Shown: positions 1-10,549, counted from the stretch's first letter. The stretch is 64,000 nucleotides of DNA from an uncultured Verrucomicrobiae bacterium (GCA_963837955.1 CAWIPH010000001.1:128001-192000), one strand, 5' to 3'. Notes: generated from the sequence alone by a model not told the origin. Numbers and translations: made by a program.

Positions 1-486
1 ACCGCTATTACCAACCCCACAACGAATAGCTATAAACGTCTGGTCCCTGGGTTCGAAGCGCCGGTCAATCTAGCCTATTCCGCACGGAACCGCTCGGCCG
101 CGATTCGAATCCCGACCTATTCGCCCAGCCCCAAAGCTAAACGCGTCGAGTTCCGGACGCCGGACCCTGCAGCAAATCCGTACCTGGCCAATGCTGCACT
201 GCTCCTCGCTGGACTGGATGGCATCCAAAATCGGATCGATCCGGGTGATCCGCTCGACAAGAACCTCTACGAATTGCCGCCCGAAGAACTGGCCAAAGTT
301 CCCAGTGTGCCTGACTCGCTGGTCGGCGCGCTCGATGCTTTGAAGGCGGATCACGATTTTCTTCTCAAGGGAGACGTGTTCAATGAAGATTTCATTAGTA
401 ATTGGATCGAGATGAAAATGAAAGAATACGACGCGTTGCGTTTGCGCCCGCATCCGTACGAATTTTTCATGTACTTCGATCTGTGA
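1..486 (+). CDS. glnA: Glutamine synthetase type I, C-terminal part (5' truncated by window)
   Basis: Frame 1 reads [34 protein letters not shown]...[15 protein letters not shown]...[12 protein letters not shown], the hallmark GS-I C-terminus, including the adenylylation-site NLY region. Confidence 0.97.
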   Translation, partial: TAITNPTTNSYKRLVPGFEAPVNLAYSARNRSAAIRIPTYSPSPKAKRVEFRTPDPAANPYLANAALLLAGLDGIQNRIDPGDPLDKNLYELPPEELAKVPSVPDSLVGALDALKADHDFLLKGDVFNEDFISNWIEMKMKEYDALRLRPHPYEFFMYFDL

Positions 487-504
487 TTTTCGGATAGGAC
501 TTCG

Positions 505-539
505 AAAAAAGGCGCCTGCTTCCCGGGCGCCTTTTTTTT
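505..539 (+). terminator. Rho-independent (possibly bidirectional) terminator after glnA
   Basis: AAAAAA-GGCGCC-loop-GGCGCC-TTTTTTTT, starting 18 nt after the glnA stop. Confidence 0.9.
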
Positions 540-754
540 CGCTTAGGCATTCGCCGCCCCACGCTCGAGAGGACTTGCGGCCCGACGACGGCCGACCATA
601 CAAAGCATACACGTGGCAACCTCCTCGAATTCGCGCATCTTTAGAAACTAGGGCGTGCCGTAGTCTGCCAGGCGGTCTGTCCGACTACCGTTCTCGGTTT
701 ACTGTTTCCAGTATTGCTTCTGGCGACGACCTGTTTTATCCCCCCGGAGTAGCA

Positions 755-1534
755 GTGAAACTTCTCTTAACCGCCGATCTTCATTTTCATATTCCGTGGT
801 TCGAGTGGCTGCGGGAAGTCGCCACACAGTATGATCTCGTGGCCATCGGCGGCGACCTTCTGGATCTCGAAAATCGACAAGGAATGGCCCGCCAATTGAT
901 CTATCTTTATGAATGGACGCAGCACTTCGTAAAACGTCCCGCTTGCTTGGCGATCTGCACCGGGAATCATGATTTCCCCTCCGGCACTCCGTTAGTCTTT
1001 CCCGGAGTCCCGCTACCCAGTAATAAGCTGGCGATACTTCGTCAATTTGCTTCTGCTCAGCCCTGGCCCCAAGCGCTGAAACTAAATCATCACATTGCCG
1101 TCGACGGCGATGAAAAATTATTCCGGTTTCGCTCTGGCGAGAATTTGGCGGTTACTTGTTGTCCGTATCGTGCTGATGGGTATGTGGAACAGCTGCGCCC
1201 GCACGCTTCGCCATGGCTACTCTTGCACCACGAGCCGCCCGCTAACAGCTTGATCGCCAGTCCGAAGACCGGTAATCTGGCGTTTGCTCAGAGCATTTAC
1301 CGAAGCAAACCGACGTGGTCATTGAGCGGTCACGTACATTTCACCGTCGGCGACGAAAATTGTTTCTTTGAGCGGATCGGATCGACCGTCTGCTTCAATT
1401 GCCGCCAAAACCCGCCGGGTGGTCTGCTTCCGCCCCAACCTAATGTAATCACAATAGATACGAGGCGCCGAGCAGCGACCTGGAGACGGTGGATTACGCA
1501 GGGTGCAGACGAAGAAGTAACCGTCGACCTTTAA
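755..1534 (+). CDS. Calcineurin-like metallophosphoesterase
   Basis: Motifs TADLH, GGDLLD, GNHD, HHEPP and SGHVH. Start placed at GTG 755 (VKLLLTADLH). Confidence 0.85.
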   Translation: MKLLLTADLHFHIPWFEWLREVATQYDLVAIGGDLLDLENRQGMARQLIYLYEWTQHFVKRPACLAICTGNHDFPSGTPLVFPGVPLPSNKLAILRQFASAQPWPQALKLNHHIAVDGDEKLFRFRSGENLAVTCCPYRADGYVEQLRPHASPWLLLHHEPPANSLIASPKTGNLAFAQSIYRSKPTWSLSGHVHFTVGDENCFFERIGSTVCFNCRQNPPGGLLPPQPNVITIDTRRRAATWRRWITQGADEEVTVDL

Positions 1535-1592
1535 TCCGCGAATTCCGGGAGAACCGTGAAAATCGAAGAGAGGCAACCTGCGAACGCTAATT

Positions 1593-2297
1593 ATTCTCCG
1601 CAGATTTTCGCGGATTTTAATCAGGTCCTACCAAGCGCACTCTAAAGAGAAGAGGAGCAATCCGCAGATTTTCACGGACTATTTTATTAATCCGCAGATT
1701 TCACAGATTACGCAGATTATTTTGTTTCAGCTCCTTGTGCCGAGTCATGTGACCAAATAAAGCGCCGATGTTCTAAACTCGTTGCTCCAAAATTGATCAA
1801 GAGTCCTCTTTCATGGGTACTCGCTTTTAGATAGTTGAGGACCTGAGCCCATTCGATCTCTCCCAGTTTGGTCAACGCCTTCAACTCCACGATGATTGAC
1901 TCGTAGCAAACAAAATCTGCTCGATACGGGGCCCTCAGTTTTCTGCCCTTGTAAAAATCGGCGTTTCGACTTGAGGCAGGAATGGAATACGACGATCGCT
2001 GAGTTCTAGTTCGAGAGCCTCTTGATAGACAGGTTCGAGAAAACCGCACCCGAGTTCTTTGTGAACCTCAAGCGCCGCTCCAATGATTTGATAAGTTTGG
2101 TTATCCATGGGATAGAAATAAATAACATAAATGTAAAGCGTTGTCTAGATACGCTTACCGTGATACCTCAACCATGGGAAACTAAACTTCCCTTGCCTAC
2201 AGCGAACGTCTGCTGAGCGCCTGTACCGTCTTGGATTTAAGAAATCTGCGTAATCTGTGAAATCTGCGGATTAATAAGTAGTCGGCGAAATCCGCGG
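1593..2297. mobile_element. GxxExxY cassette bounded by inverted 9-mer tandem arrays
   Basis: Perfect 35-bp inverted repeat at 1684-1718 / 2243-2277, built from (ccgcagatt)(tcacagatt)(acgcagatt). A homologous, internally deleted copy lies at 46174-46511. Mobility is inferred. Confidence 0.6.
1717..2108 (-). pseudogene. GxxExxY protein (PD-(D/E)XK-like), single-base frameshift
   Basis: ATG 2108 gives [36 protein letters not shown]...PIF. After a frame change in a T5 run at ~1953-1957 it continues YKGRKL...RADFVCYESIIVELKA...AQVLNYLKAS...GLLINFG. Length is 392 nt (3n+2). Confidence 0.9.
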
Positions 2298-2298
2298 A

Positions 2299-3417
2299 CT
2301 ATTGCTTTCCCGTCGGCAGCCCCGCATACCCGGTTAGCTCCATATAGCCCACTCCTTGGACGGATTTCCCGGCTCGGGTGCCGTTCAGCCGGATTGCCCC
2401 TTCCCAATAGGTCACTGCCAGGTTCAGCTCTTGGTCAGGCACTGGTGTCGTGACAACGACATCGATCTGAAACTTAGGAACCCGCAACCGCCATCCAATC
2501 GGGTATCGCGCCTGGTTATGGTCGCTAGTCCAATATTCTGTTGGGTCCAGCACGAAATCATCCACTCCCAATTCGATTGCCGCGCCTGCGGGAGTCACCA
2601 ATTTCCCATTCGAATACCGATCGATCGCGCCATTCTTCAGCCGCATCTGGTAAAGCATGAGATCGGTTCCGTCGGAAAGCTGAAGCGAAAACCAATTCCA
2701 ACCAACTTGGTCTGCTGCCAGCTGGTTGGTCGCCCATTCACGATCGAACCAGGATTGGCCAGTCACTTCGTATGCTACTCCGCCAACCCGAAGCGTACCC
2801 TGGGTCCGCAAACGGGTGATTGAATAGTAATAGGAAGCGCGCCCGTCGCCGCCGGCCTTTTGGCTGAAACCATCTTTACCTTCCAGTACAGGTTGTTTGT
2901 CCGGCTCGAGATTGAGTTGAATGGATTGTTGCCCGTCCTCGGCCTCCGCATGAAAAGCGGAATCAAGATCGAGCTCCCAGTTAGAAATCCAGACCAATTT
3001 GGAGCCGGACAAAAATCCGGCATCATTGAAAGCTCCCCGACTGATCCGCTCTGAGGCGTAAAACTTCTTTGGGCCGATATCGGTAATCGTAAAATGCGCA
3101 AACTTCAGGTCATTCATGACGAAGCGGGATTTGACCGGCAGACGTTTGTTCGGCGAGCGGTAGCCGTGCCGAAAGAATGTGAGTTCGTATCCGAACTCGC
3201 GGCCTTCTTGAGACCTCAAGTTCCCCGTGAGATACCACCATTCGGTCTGGTAATCGATATGCGGTCCATGATCCCGGGGAAATTCCAGATGGTAACCTGG
3301 TTGGGCCAGCCGCCAACCATCCGCGTTAAACTCAGCTGCCCGGAGTGGAGCTGGCAGCGACAGGACAGAATAAACTGCGAGGTGTATCAAAAAATTCCGT
3401 GCTATCGATGGGATCAT
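2299..3417 (-). CDS. Secreted AttH/CrtC-like (carotenoid 1,2-hydratase / lipocalin-like) protein
   Basis: Signal peptide; FPRDHGPH, EWWYLTGNL, SYYYS, WFDREW, YWEGA and GYMELTGY motifs. Confidence 0.85.
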   Translation of the reverse strand: MIPSIARNFLIHLAVYSVLSLPAPLRAAEFNADGWRLAQPGYHLEFPRDHGPHIDYQTEWWYLTGNLRSQEGREFGYELTFFRHGYRSPNKRLPVKSRFVMNDLKFAHFTITDIGPKKFYASERISRGAFNDAGFLSGSKLVWISNWELDLDSAFHAEAEDGQQSIQLNLEPDKQPVLEGKDGFSQKAGGDGRASYYYSITRLRTQGTLRVGGVAYEVTGQSWFDREWATNQLAADQVGWNWFSLQLSDGTDLMLYQMRLKNGAIDRYSNGKLVTPAGAAIELGVDDFVLDPTEYWTSDHNQARYPIGWRLRVPKFQIDVVVTTPVPDQELNLAVTYWEGAIRLNGTRAGKSVQGVGYMELTGYAGLPTGKQ

Positions 3418-3423
3418 TTTCAG

Positions 3424-5940
3424 TTAAGTCCGGATAGCCTCGACGATAGCGACCCGGCCCGCGTGAATCGCCGGGAGCAAGCCGGCCAAGAGTGCGACAG
3501 GCAGGAGCACAAGCGGAACCGAGCCCAGCTGTTCCCACGAAATCTGCAGGGGTATCGTCCATCCAAAAAATGTTTTGTTGATCACTTCCGTAAGAACAAA
3601 GGCTAAAGCGCAGCCAGCGCTGATCCCGATTCCCACCGCCAACGCGCCGAGCAGGAAAGTCTCGGACAAGACCAGTGCGATGATTTGTCCGGTAGATGCG
3701 CCCAACGCTCGCAACACGGCCAACTCTCGTTCTCTCTCTTTCACTAGGACGATCAAATTCAAAGTAATACCGGCTACCGCGACTGTCATCGCTATCCCCC
3801 GGAGAAGATAAGTGATGGCAAAAGTTTGATCGAATATGCGTTCCACCGTGTCTTTCAATTCACGATTAGAATGAATCGCGTAAGCGTTGGCTCCGGTATA
3901 AGCGCTTCGAATTTCTTCGGCCGCCTGCTGTGGAGTTGTCCCGCTCTTGAGATAGGCCGCGACCGAATGAATACGCGGATCATGCCAATACTTCTCGAAA
4001 TTCGATCTCTGCATCAGGAGCAGACCGGCATCGCGAGTGTAATCGTAAAAAACCCCCGCGACCGTAAAGGTTTTTGGGCCTGCCGGCGTCGGTAGGATCA
4101 AGCTTTGGCCTTCTCGAAGATGGAATCGGTGAGCCAACGGCTCAGATGCGATAACGGTATCAGCCTCGTGCCATTTCCGAATCTTTTGCTCTTCTCCGTC
4201 GCCGACAAACTGCGGGCGGTTGCGGCCGGAGCCCTTAACGACACCGAGTGTGACCGGGTTCCCGTATAGCTCGGTTTGATAATCGCGGTACGTGTCCAAA
4301 GCGTCTACCTGCGGGAGTTGGGTCAGGAAGGCTAGGAGATCAGGCGAAACAAAACTCTGGAATCCAATGATCTCGTTCTCGGCTGGAGTAATGAAGACAT
4401 CCGCAACCAGCCGACGGTTAATCCAATGATCAACGGCTGAGCGAAGAGAAAAAATCATGATAGAAACGCTGACCAACATTGCGGCCGCAGATGCCAGAGC
4501 GGCGATCGTGATCGCGTTGCGAAAGAGCGATCGCACCAAGTTCTGCGCCGCGAGATGAAGCAAGTGCACATTACGGAAAAGTTTAGCCACAGTGCGGCCG
4601 AACCAATAAGTCGCAAACGGCGCTAGCAAACAAAATGCGACCAGAGTGCTTAAAGCGCACAGGAAAGCGGCAGGTCGGATACCGCCGCGCAGCGCGAGGG
4701 CGCCGCTGGCCAAAGCGACTATAGACGCCGCAGCACTCCAGCCGATCCAAGCGGATGAGGGTCGCTCGCTCCGCTCAATCAGGAGACCAAGGTTTAGCGC
4801 CCGTAGCGGCGGAACCGCCGCCGCGGATTGGGCGGGCACCCAGGCGCCCAAAAATGTCGCTGCTAGTCCGAGCAAAAAGACAACGATCACCTGGTCCCAA
4901 GGTACGTAGATGCGTTCAATACTGGTAAGAACGTACAGATTCGAGATCGTCGTCTCGACGACCCTGAGCAAAGCGTGAGCAATCAATAACCCAGCTCCGA
5001 TTCCGATCAGGGACCCAGTAAATCCGTAGAAGAGTGCTTCTCCAAGAAACAGCCATCTCACCTGACTAGGCAAAAATCCGATAGAGCGAAGAATCCCGAT
5101 TTCCCCTCGTCTGCGGACCACCGAGGCGGTGATGGTGTTGTACACGAGAAAAACTCCGACTAGAAGCGACACGAGGCTCAATGCAGTAAGATTTAGTTGG
5201 AATCCCGCCAACATCCTCTCAACCTGCGCAGTTCTTTCCGATGGTGGCTCGATCTCCACATCCGGAGGCACAATTTTGCCGATCGCAGATGCGACTGCTG
5301 CGGGATTCTTCGGGTCCCGAACCCGAAACAATACCGCGGACAAAGTACCTGTTTTTCCCAAAAGCTCTTGAGCCCAGCCGATGTCCATTGCGGCGAGATG
5401 AGAATCAGCGTTGTCAGCATCTAGAAGAAACGCGATGGTCAAATTCACTCTTTTTTCTCCCACCTCGACCTGGAGTGAATCGCCGATCCGTAAGGAGTGA
5501 GCACTAGCGAACGACTTAGTGATCGAGACAGCTTGCCCATCGCCAAACCACCGATCGGAGAGGTTCTCTTCTGATTTCCCAACCTTAAAGTTCTGGAATT
5601 CCGCGTTCGTCAATGGATCGACGCCCACGACATGCAAATATTCGCCTGGAAAATCAGGCAAGATTATCACGCCTTCTACCAATGGCGTTGCTGCTTGGAC
5701 GCCCTCAACCGCTTGTAGTTGGGGAAAGAGAGCATCATCGATTTCGCCTCTGGCCTCCAGGTGAGCGCGCCCTGCCACTACATCGACTCCGGCAGCAAAA
5801 GATTGTTCGGCGCTTCGATTGGTAACTTGAATAGCGAGATAGACTGCGACTCCGAGGGCGACACAGAGCACATCGACCACGGCCAGGAAACGGTGACGCA
5901 GGACATAACGAACGATGTGCTGCCAGCAAAACGTCCACAT
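3424..5940 (-). CDS. FtsX/MacB-type ABC transporter permease (duplicated domains)
   Basis: Two MacB periplasmic + FtsX repeats (RRGEIGILRSIG; RERELAVLRALGAS), adjacent to the AttH-like gene as is typical. Confidence 0.88.
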   Translation of the reverse strand: MWTFCWQHIVRYVLRHRFLAVVDVLCVALGVAVYLAIQVTNRSAEQSFAAGVDVVAGRAHLEARGEIDDALFPQLQAVEGVQAATPLVEGVIILPDFPGEYLHVVGVDPLTNAEFQNFKVGKSEENLSDRWFGDGQAVSITKSFASAHSLRIGDSLQVEVGEKRVNLTIAFLLDADNADSHLAAMDIGWAQELLGKTGTLSAVLFRVRDPKNPAAVASAIGKIVPPDVEIEPPSERTAQVERMLAGFQLNLTALSLVSLLVGVFLVYNTITASVVRRRGEIGILRSIGFLPSQVRWLFLGEALFYGFTGSLIGIGAGLLIAHALLRVVETTISNLYVLTSIERIYVPWDQVIVVFLLGLAATFLGAWVPAQSAAAVPPLRALNLGLLIERSERPSSAWIGWSAAASIVALASGALALRGGIRPAAFLCALSTLVAFCLLAPFATYWFGRTVAKLFRNVHLLHLAAQNLVRSLFRNAITIAALASAAAMLVSVSIMIFSLRSAVDHWINRRLVADVFITPAENEIIGFQSFVSPDLLAFLTQLPQVDALDTYRDYQTELYGNPVTLGVVKGSGRNRPQFVGDGEEQKIRKWHEADTVIASEPLAHRFHLREGQSLILPTPAGPKTFTVAGVFYDYTRDAGLLLMQRSNFEKYWHDPRIHSVAAYLKSGTTPQQAAEEIRSAYTGANAYAIHSNRELKDTVERIFDQTFAITYLLRGIAMTVAVAGITLNLIVLVKERERELAVLRALGASTGQIIALVLSETFLLGALAVGIGISAGCALAFVLTEVINKTFFGWTIPLQISWEQLGSVPLVLLPVALLAGLLPAIHAGRVAIVEAIRT

Positions 5941-5943
5941 CGA

Positions 5944-8688
5944 TTATCCGTTGTTAGTCGCAGCGTGCAAAAGCGCCGAGCGCAACTGACTAAGCGTCGT
6001 TTCGCCAGTCAGCTTCCTACCCTCGAAATCAGTTACGTAAAAACTGTCAAAAGCCGCTCCTTTCTCAGTCGCGACCCGGGAATGCGCTATATTCACACGC
6101 GCGCCAGAAAAACAGTAGAGGATGTCATAGAGCAATCCGAGGCGATCGGGAGTCTGTAAGTCAATTACTGTGTAGGTAGGATGCACTTCATTGGAGATCA
6201 CCAACTTGGTCGGGAAGTCCATTTCTGGCGGTAATAAGTAGTTAGCACGGGATCGGTTCTGAGTTAAGAGTGAAGAAAAATCGAACTCCGCTTTTTGCAG
6301 AGCCCGGCCAAGGATCTCCTCCACTGCTCTTTGGTCTCGCTCTTGGGTAACCGGCGCAAAGTTGACATCACAGACCCGGAAAATACCTAACATAAGGTTA
6401 TCGCTCCGGGTAAAGGCATCGGCGCTCAAAATATTGATCAAAGCACTCGCGAATGAGCCGGCTATCCTCGCCATCAAAGCGGCGCGATCCCAGGTACAGA
6501 TCCAGACCTCGCTGTGACCTTGGGCCGGTTTGCTGTGCCAGCGAACCGCGGGAGCAAGTGTTCCTCCGGAATCTCTATACCAGGTTTCCAGCCAACTTCG
6601 AAAAAGCCGGATGTGCCCAACAATTTCATTGACGTCATGGCTCGGAAAATAGCGCTCCGGCATTGATTGAAAATGTGTTTCGATCTCTTCCCCAAAATCG
6701 CGCGCTAACCGCTTGGAGACAGCTGCCTGGAGGTCAGCTCTCTCGATGCGTCGCTGCTTAAAGAATTCACTTTCGTCGCGGAGATAGCTAGAAGCTGCTT
6801 GGTAAAGCTGCCAAACGAGAGACTCCTTCCAATCTGACCAATTCTGAGCACTTGTACCTTGTCCGTCGGCCAAGGTTAATAACATAAGAGAATCCATATT
6901 CTCCTGCGTGTGAAGATTGCGGGCGAAAGCGGCGACAGTCGCCGGATCCTCGACGTTTCTTCGTTGAGCCATCTCCGAAAGGGTAAGATGATGGTCGACC
7001 AGAAGAATGAGTTTACTGCGACGCTCCGGCGAAAGTTGCAAACGCGCTGCGACTTTTTGAGCGTTCAGAGCACTGGCTTCGGCGTGATGCCTTGCTCCCG
7101 AGGCCTTTCCGGTGTCGTGCAACAGCAAGGCAAGGTAAAGAACGTAGGGATCGTCTAGCTTGCGAAAAAGCTCTTGATACTCAACAAGTTTCGGATCCTT
7201 GGTGTCGATCAGCTCGTCGAGCTTCTCGATGCACACCAATGTGTGCTCGTCCGCGGTGTATCGGTGAAAAAACTCATGTTGGACGAGGCAGGTCAACTCA
7301 CCAAATTCCGGAAGGTATCGCCCAAGAAAATCAACCTCGTGCATCATCCGCAAGATGCGACCCACCTGGCCTTTTCTGGAAAGGATGGCTTGAAAGGTCT
7401 CTCTAGCGGCACGTGCGTATTGAAAAGTGCGGTTCACCAGGCGAGTTCGCCGGCGGATCATCTGTTCAAGTTCCGGGCTAAGTTCTAGTTCTCGCTGCTG
7501 CGCATGCAGGAAGACCCGCATCAATCGAAACGGGTCTTTGTGAAAAATTTCTCGATCCTCGTAATAAATGAACTGCCCGTGACTGTAGAACCCATCGAAA
7601 TGCTCGGTCTTCAGTTTCCGCTTGGCCAAAAAGCCAAAAACTGGGCGCGCCTCTTTTTCCGGCTGTGCGGGCAGCAGAAAACGTTCCGTAATGCGCGTCG
7701 TAGTCAGGTAAATCGTTCGGGCATATTGGTAGTAGTCGCGCATAAACGCTTCGCTCCGTCGAAGGATACTTTTTTGAGGGTATCGAAACCGGTTCGCGAT
7801 TTGGCCCTGCAGAAACAGCGTCAGCACATCGGCAGGACGCTCGTTGATGTAATGAAGTTCTGTGCGAACGCGTTGCAAGAAGTCGTAGGCTCGATCGATT
7901 GCGCGGCGATCGCTCTCGGAAATGTACTTGCGCTCGACCAGCTTGGCCGTGCTCATAATGCCATCCCGAAAATAACAGATCCATTGCATGTTTTGGTAAT
8001 CGCGCAAACCGCCGCACCCGTTCTTCACATTAGGCTCCTGCATGAACACGGAACCTCCGTATTTCCGGTGCCGTTCTTCTTGATTTTCAAGTCGCCAACG
8101 CAAGTAGCTGCTCACTTGGCCGCGCACGCAATGGTCGAAAAACTCCCTCCGAAACTTTGAGTGGAGGCTGCGATTGCCAGCCAAATACCGTGATTCCAAC
8201 AGCGACGTTTTTGTCAGCACATCAGAATTAGCGAGCCGAATCGCTTCGCCAATCGATCTCGTCGCGTGCCCCACTTTGAAACCAACGTCCCACAGCATAT
8301 AGAGGATCTGCTCGATGACTTCGGTGACGTGAGAATCGAGCCGCCCCGAGTCATGCAGAAAAAGAATGTCAACGTCACTGTAAGGGTTAAGCTCGCCGCG
8401 TCCGTAACCGCCGATGGCTAATAGGGCAACGGGGGGAACCTTATTGGTGAATTCAGAGTGCTCCAGCGCACCCTCAAACAGGTGACGAAGCACGACGTCC
8501 AATAGGGTCGCGCGATCATGGACCACCTCTAACCCACTGGCACCGGAATAATGCTTCAATCGCAGCCGATGCTCTTCGAGCTTCAGGAATTTTTTGTAGA
8601 GATTGAGCTGTTCCCGGAGGCGCTCCTTGCCTTGCGAGACCAATTGTCTCTCGGCGTGAGCCAAAATCTTTTCCAGATGCTGCGACAT
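5944..8688 (-). CDS. glnD: [Protein-PII] uridylyltransferase/uridylyl-removing enzyme
   Basis: NTase motif GGYGRGELNPYSDVD, EPNVKNGCGGLRD, HD domain (HRYTADEH...LLHDTGK) and two ACT domains (DRAALMARI; DRLGLLYDI). Confidence 0.95.
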   Translation of the reverse strand: MSQHLEKILAHAERQLVSQGKERLREQLNLYKKFLKLEEHRLRLKHYSGASGLEVVHDRATLLDVVLRHLFEGALEHSEFTNKVPPVALLAIGGYGRGELNPYSDVDILFLHDSGRLDSHVTEVIEQILYMLWDVGFKVGHATRSIGEAIRLANSDVLTKTSLLESRYLAGNRSLHSKFRREFFDHCVRGQVSSYLRWRLENQEERHRKYGGSVFMQEPNVKNGCGGLRDYQNMQWICYFRDGIMSTAKLVERKYISESDRRAIDRAYDFLQRVRTELHYINERPADVLTLFLQGQIANRFRYPQKSILRRSEAFMRDYYQYARTIYLTTTRITERFLLPAQPEKEARPVFGFLAKRKLKTEHFDGFYSHGQFIYYEDREIFHKDPFRLMRVFLHAQQRELELSPELEQMIRRRTRLVNRTFQYARAARETFQAILSRKGQVGRILRMMHEVDFLGRYLPEFGELTCLVQHEFFHRYTADEHTLVCIEKLDELIDTKDPKLVEYQELFRKLDDPYVLYLALLLHDTGKASGARHHAEASALNAQKVAARLQLSPERRSKLILLVDHHLTLSEMAQRRNVEDPATVAAFARNLHTQENMDSLMLLTLADGQGTSAQNWSDWKESLVWQLYQAASSYLRDESEFFKQRRIERADLQAAVSKRLARDFGEEIETHFQSMPERYFPSHDVNEIVGHIRLFRSWLETWYRDSGGTLAPAVRWHSKPAQGHSEVWICTWDRAALMARIAGSFASALINILSADAFTRSDNLMLGIFRVCDVNFAPVTQERDQRAVEEILGRALQKAEFDFSSLLTQNRSRANYLLPPEMDFPTKLVISNEVHPTYTVIDLQTPDRLGLLYDILYCFSGARVNIAHSRVATEKGAAFDSFYVTDFEGRKLTGETTLSQLRSALLHAATNNG

Positions 8689-8872
8689 TACTTTGGGGAC
8701 TGACCTACCGATTTCATCGCCTTCAAGAATATACTGCTATTTTTGTTACCGACTGCGAAACCTTTTGGTCGCATGGTTACGGCGAAGACCTGGTGCGGCA
8801 TGTGCCGAGCCGGTGCATGAGCCGATCGCGATTATCTCTAAGAGCCTTGTTTGGTCTTGTTCATTCCCGGCA

Positions 8873-8921
8873 AACGGCTCAAGCCAATTCGGCGCATGCC
8901 GAATTAGGCTTTCGCCCTACC
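8873..8921 (-). repeat. GTAG-type REP hairpin, copy 1
   Basis: AACGGCTCAAGCC-AATTCGGC-GCAT-GCCGAATT-AGGCTTTCGCCCTACC; near-identical copies at 44124 and 63609. Confidence 0.8.
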
Positions 8922-8945
8922 GATCGTCGGTCATCCTCGGTCGAA

Positions 8946-10514
8946 TCACTTTTTCCACTGAAAACGATCCTCAGACGGAGTATCGCCTAGGTGCCGACTG
9001 AATCCGGAGCGATTGGAAACCAGGTGGGTGAGAACGTGAAAAGCATCCTCCGGGTCAGCGCCCACGCTCTTGGCTAAATCTTCGGCCGTGACCGGCTTGC
9101 CGATCGTCTGGAGGGACTTCGCTAGATGACCTTGCAGTTCCAGCAATTTGCCAGCTGCCTTTTTCCCGGCCTCGACCCCGGGCTGATGGTAAGCATTGAT
9201 GTTGACGAGTGAGGCATAAAAACCGACCGCGCGTTCGTATAACGCGATCAAAACGCCTACCGAAAACGGTGTTACTCGCTCAACGCTGATAGTGATCGAT
9301 TCGCGGTCTTTTTCGAATAGGGCCGAGCGCGTCCCGCGCAGAAACCCTTGCAAATAATCCCCACTCGTGATTCCGGGCTCCACTTCAAATTCTGCCCCGT
9401 TCCGATCCTCGTCTACTTGAATAAATGTAACGAAGAAATTGTTTATACCGTCTCGGAGCTGTTGAACATAGGCATGCTGGTCCGTGGAACCCTTGTTTCC
9501 GTAAACTGCGATTCCCTGATGGACTACGTTGCCGTCGAGATCCAACTCCTTGCCCAGCGATTCCATAACCAACTGCTGGAGATACTTACTAAAGAGAGCC
9601 AGCCGATCTTTGTACGGGAGAATTGCCATGTCCTTTGCACCTCTCCCTTCACCCACCTTGTACCACATCAATGCCAGCAGCATCGCAGCATTGAAACGAA
9701 CGTCGGGACGCCTGGTTTTGTCGTCCATTGCCGCCGCACCGGCCAAGAATTGCTCGGTGTTCAAACCCTGAAGGGCCATCGGCAGCAAACCGACAGCGCT
9801 CATCACCGAGGTCCGGCCGCCTACCCAATCATACATAGGAAATCGCGCCAACCAGCTCACCGCATGCTGATCGAGCTCACTCCCTCTCCCAGTAACCGCC
9901 ACGGCATGCTTCGCGAAATCCAAACCAGCGGATTTGTATCTTGCCGCGGTTTCAAGCATCCCGTTCCGGGTCTCTTTCGTACCACCCGATTTCGAGACGA
10001 CCACCGTTAACGTAGTCGAAATCGTCTTGCCCAACCGCTGAAATACCCGATCAAATCCATCCGGATCGGTGTTATCCAAATAATGAACGCGCATCTGGTC
10101 TGCGTCGGTTCCGAGGGCATCAGCCAAGAATTGTGGACCGAGAGCGGAGCCACCAATTCCTATCACCAATACGTCTGTAAATTGCTCCCCGCTTGATGGG
10201 CGAATCTCGCCGGCGTCTACTTTGCGGACGAACTCGTAGATCGCCTCGTTGGTATCCTCTATTTCGCACCGCACTTGATCGTTAGGCGCCAACTCCGGGG
10301 CGCGTAACCAGTAGTGGCCAACCATTCTCTTCTCATCGGGGTTGGCGATTGCGCCTTTCTCCAGTGCTTCCATCGATTTGAACGCCTTCGCTGCTGCCAC
10401 GCTCATCGTCTCGAAATAGTTCTCGTCGAAGTGCACCCGGCTGATATCGAGGGAAAAATGAAGATCAGGATATCGCAAAAAATACTGATTAAATCGGTCC
10501 CACTGGGAGCTCAT
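8946..10514 (-). CDS. pgi: Glucose-6-phosphate isomerase
   Basis: [47 protein letters not shown]. Confidence 0.97.
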   Translation of the reverse strand: MSSQWDRFNQYFLRYPDLHFSLDISRVHFDENYFETMSVAAAKAFKSMEALEKGAIANPDEKRMVGHYWLRAPELAPNDQVRCEIEDTNEAIYEFVRKVDAGEIRPSSGEQFTDVLVIGIGGSALGPQFLADALGTDADQMRVHYLDNTDPDGFDRVFQRLGKTISTTLTVVVSKSGGTKETRNGMLETAARYKSAGLDFAKHAVAVTGRGSELDQHAVSWLARFPMYDWVGGRTSVMSAVGLLPMALQGLNTEQFLAGAAAMDDKTRRPDVRFNAAMLLALMWYKVGEGRGAKDMAILPYKDRLALFSKYLQQLVMESLGKELDLDGNVVHQGIAVYGNKGSTDQHAYVQQLRDGINNFFVTFIQVDEDRNGAEFEVEPGITSGDYLQGFLRGTRSALFEKDRESITISVERVTPFSVGVLIALYERAVGFYASLVNINAYHQPGVEAGKKAAGKLLELQGHLAKSLQTIGKPVTAEDLAKSVGADPEDAFHVLTHLVSNRSGFSRHLGDTPSEDRFQWKK

Positions 10515-10549
10515 ATCCGCAAATTACGCTGGGGACATCAGACGGCAAA

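Noticed and set aside
70..612. Antisense or alternative-frame ORFs in the track (e.g. 70-612, 9348-10010, 7504-8160, 53521-54171)
   Set aside because: They overlap well-supported genes or repeats and have no recognisable motifs; they are shadow ORFs typical of GC-rich DNA.
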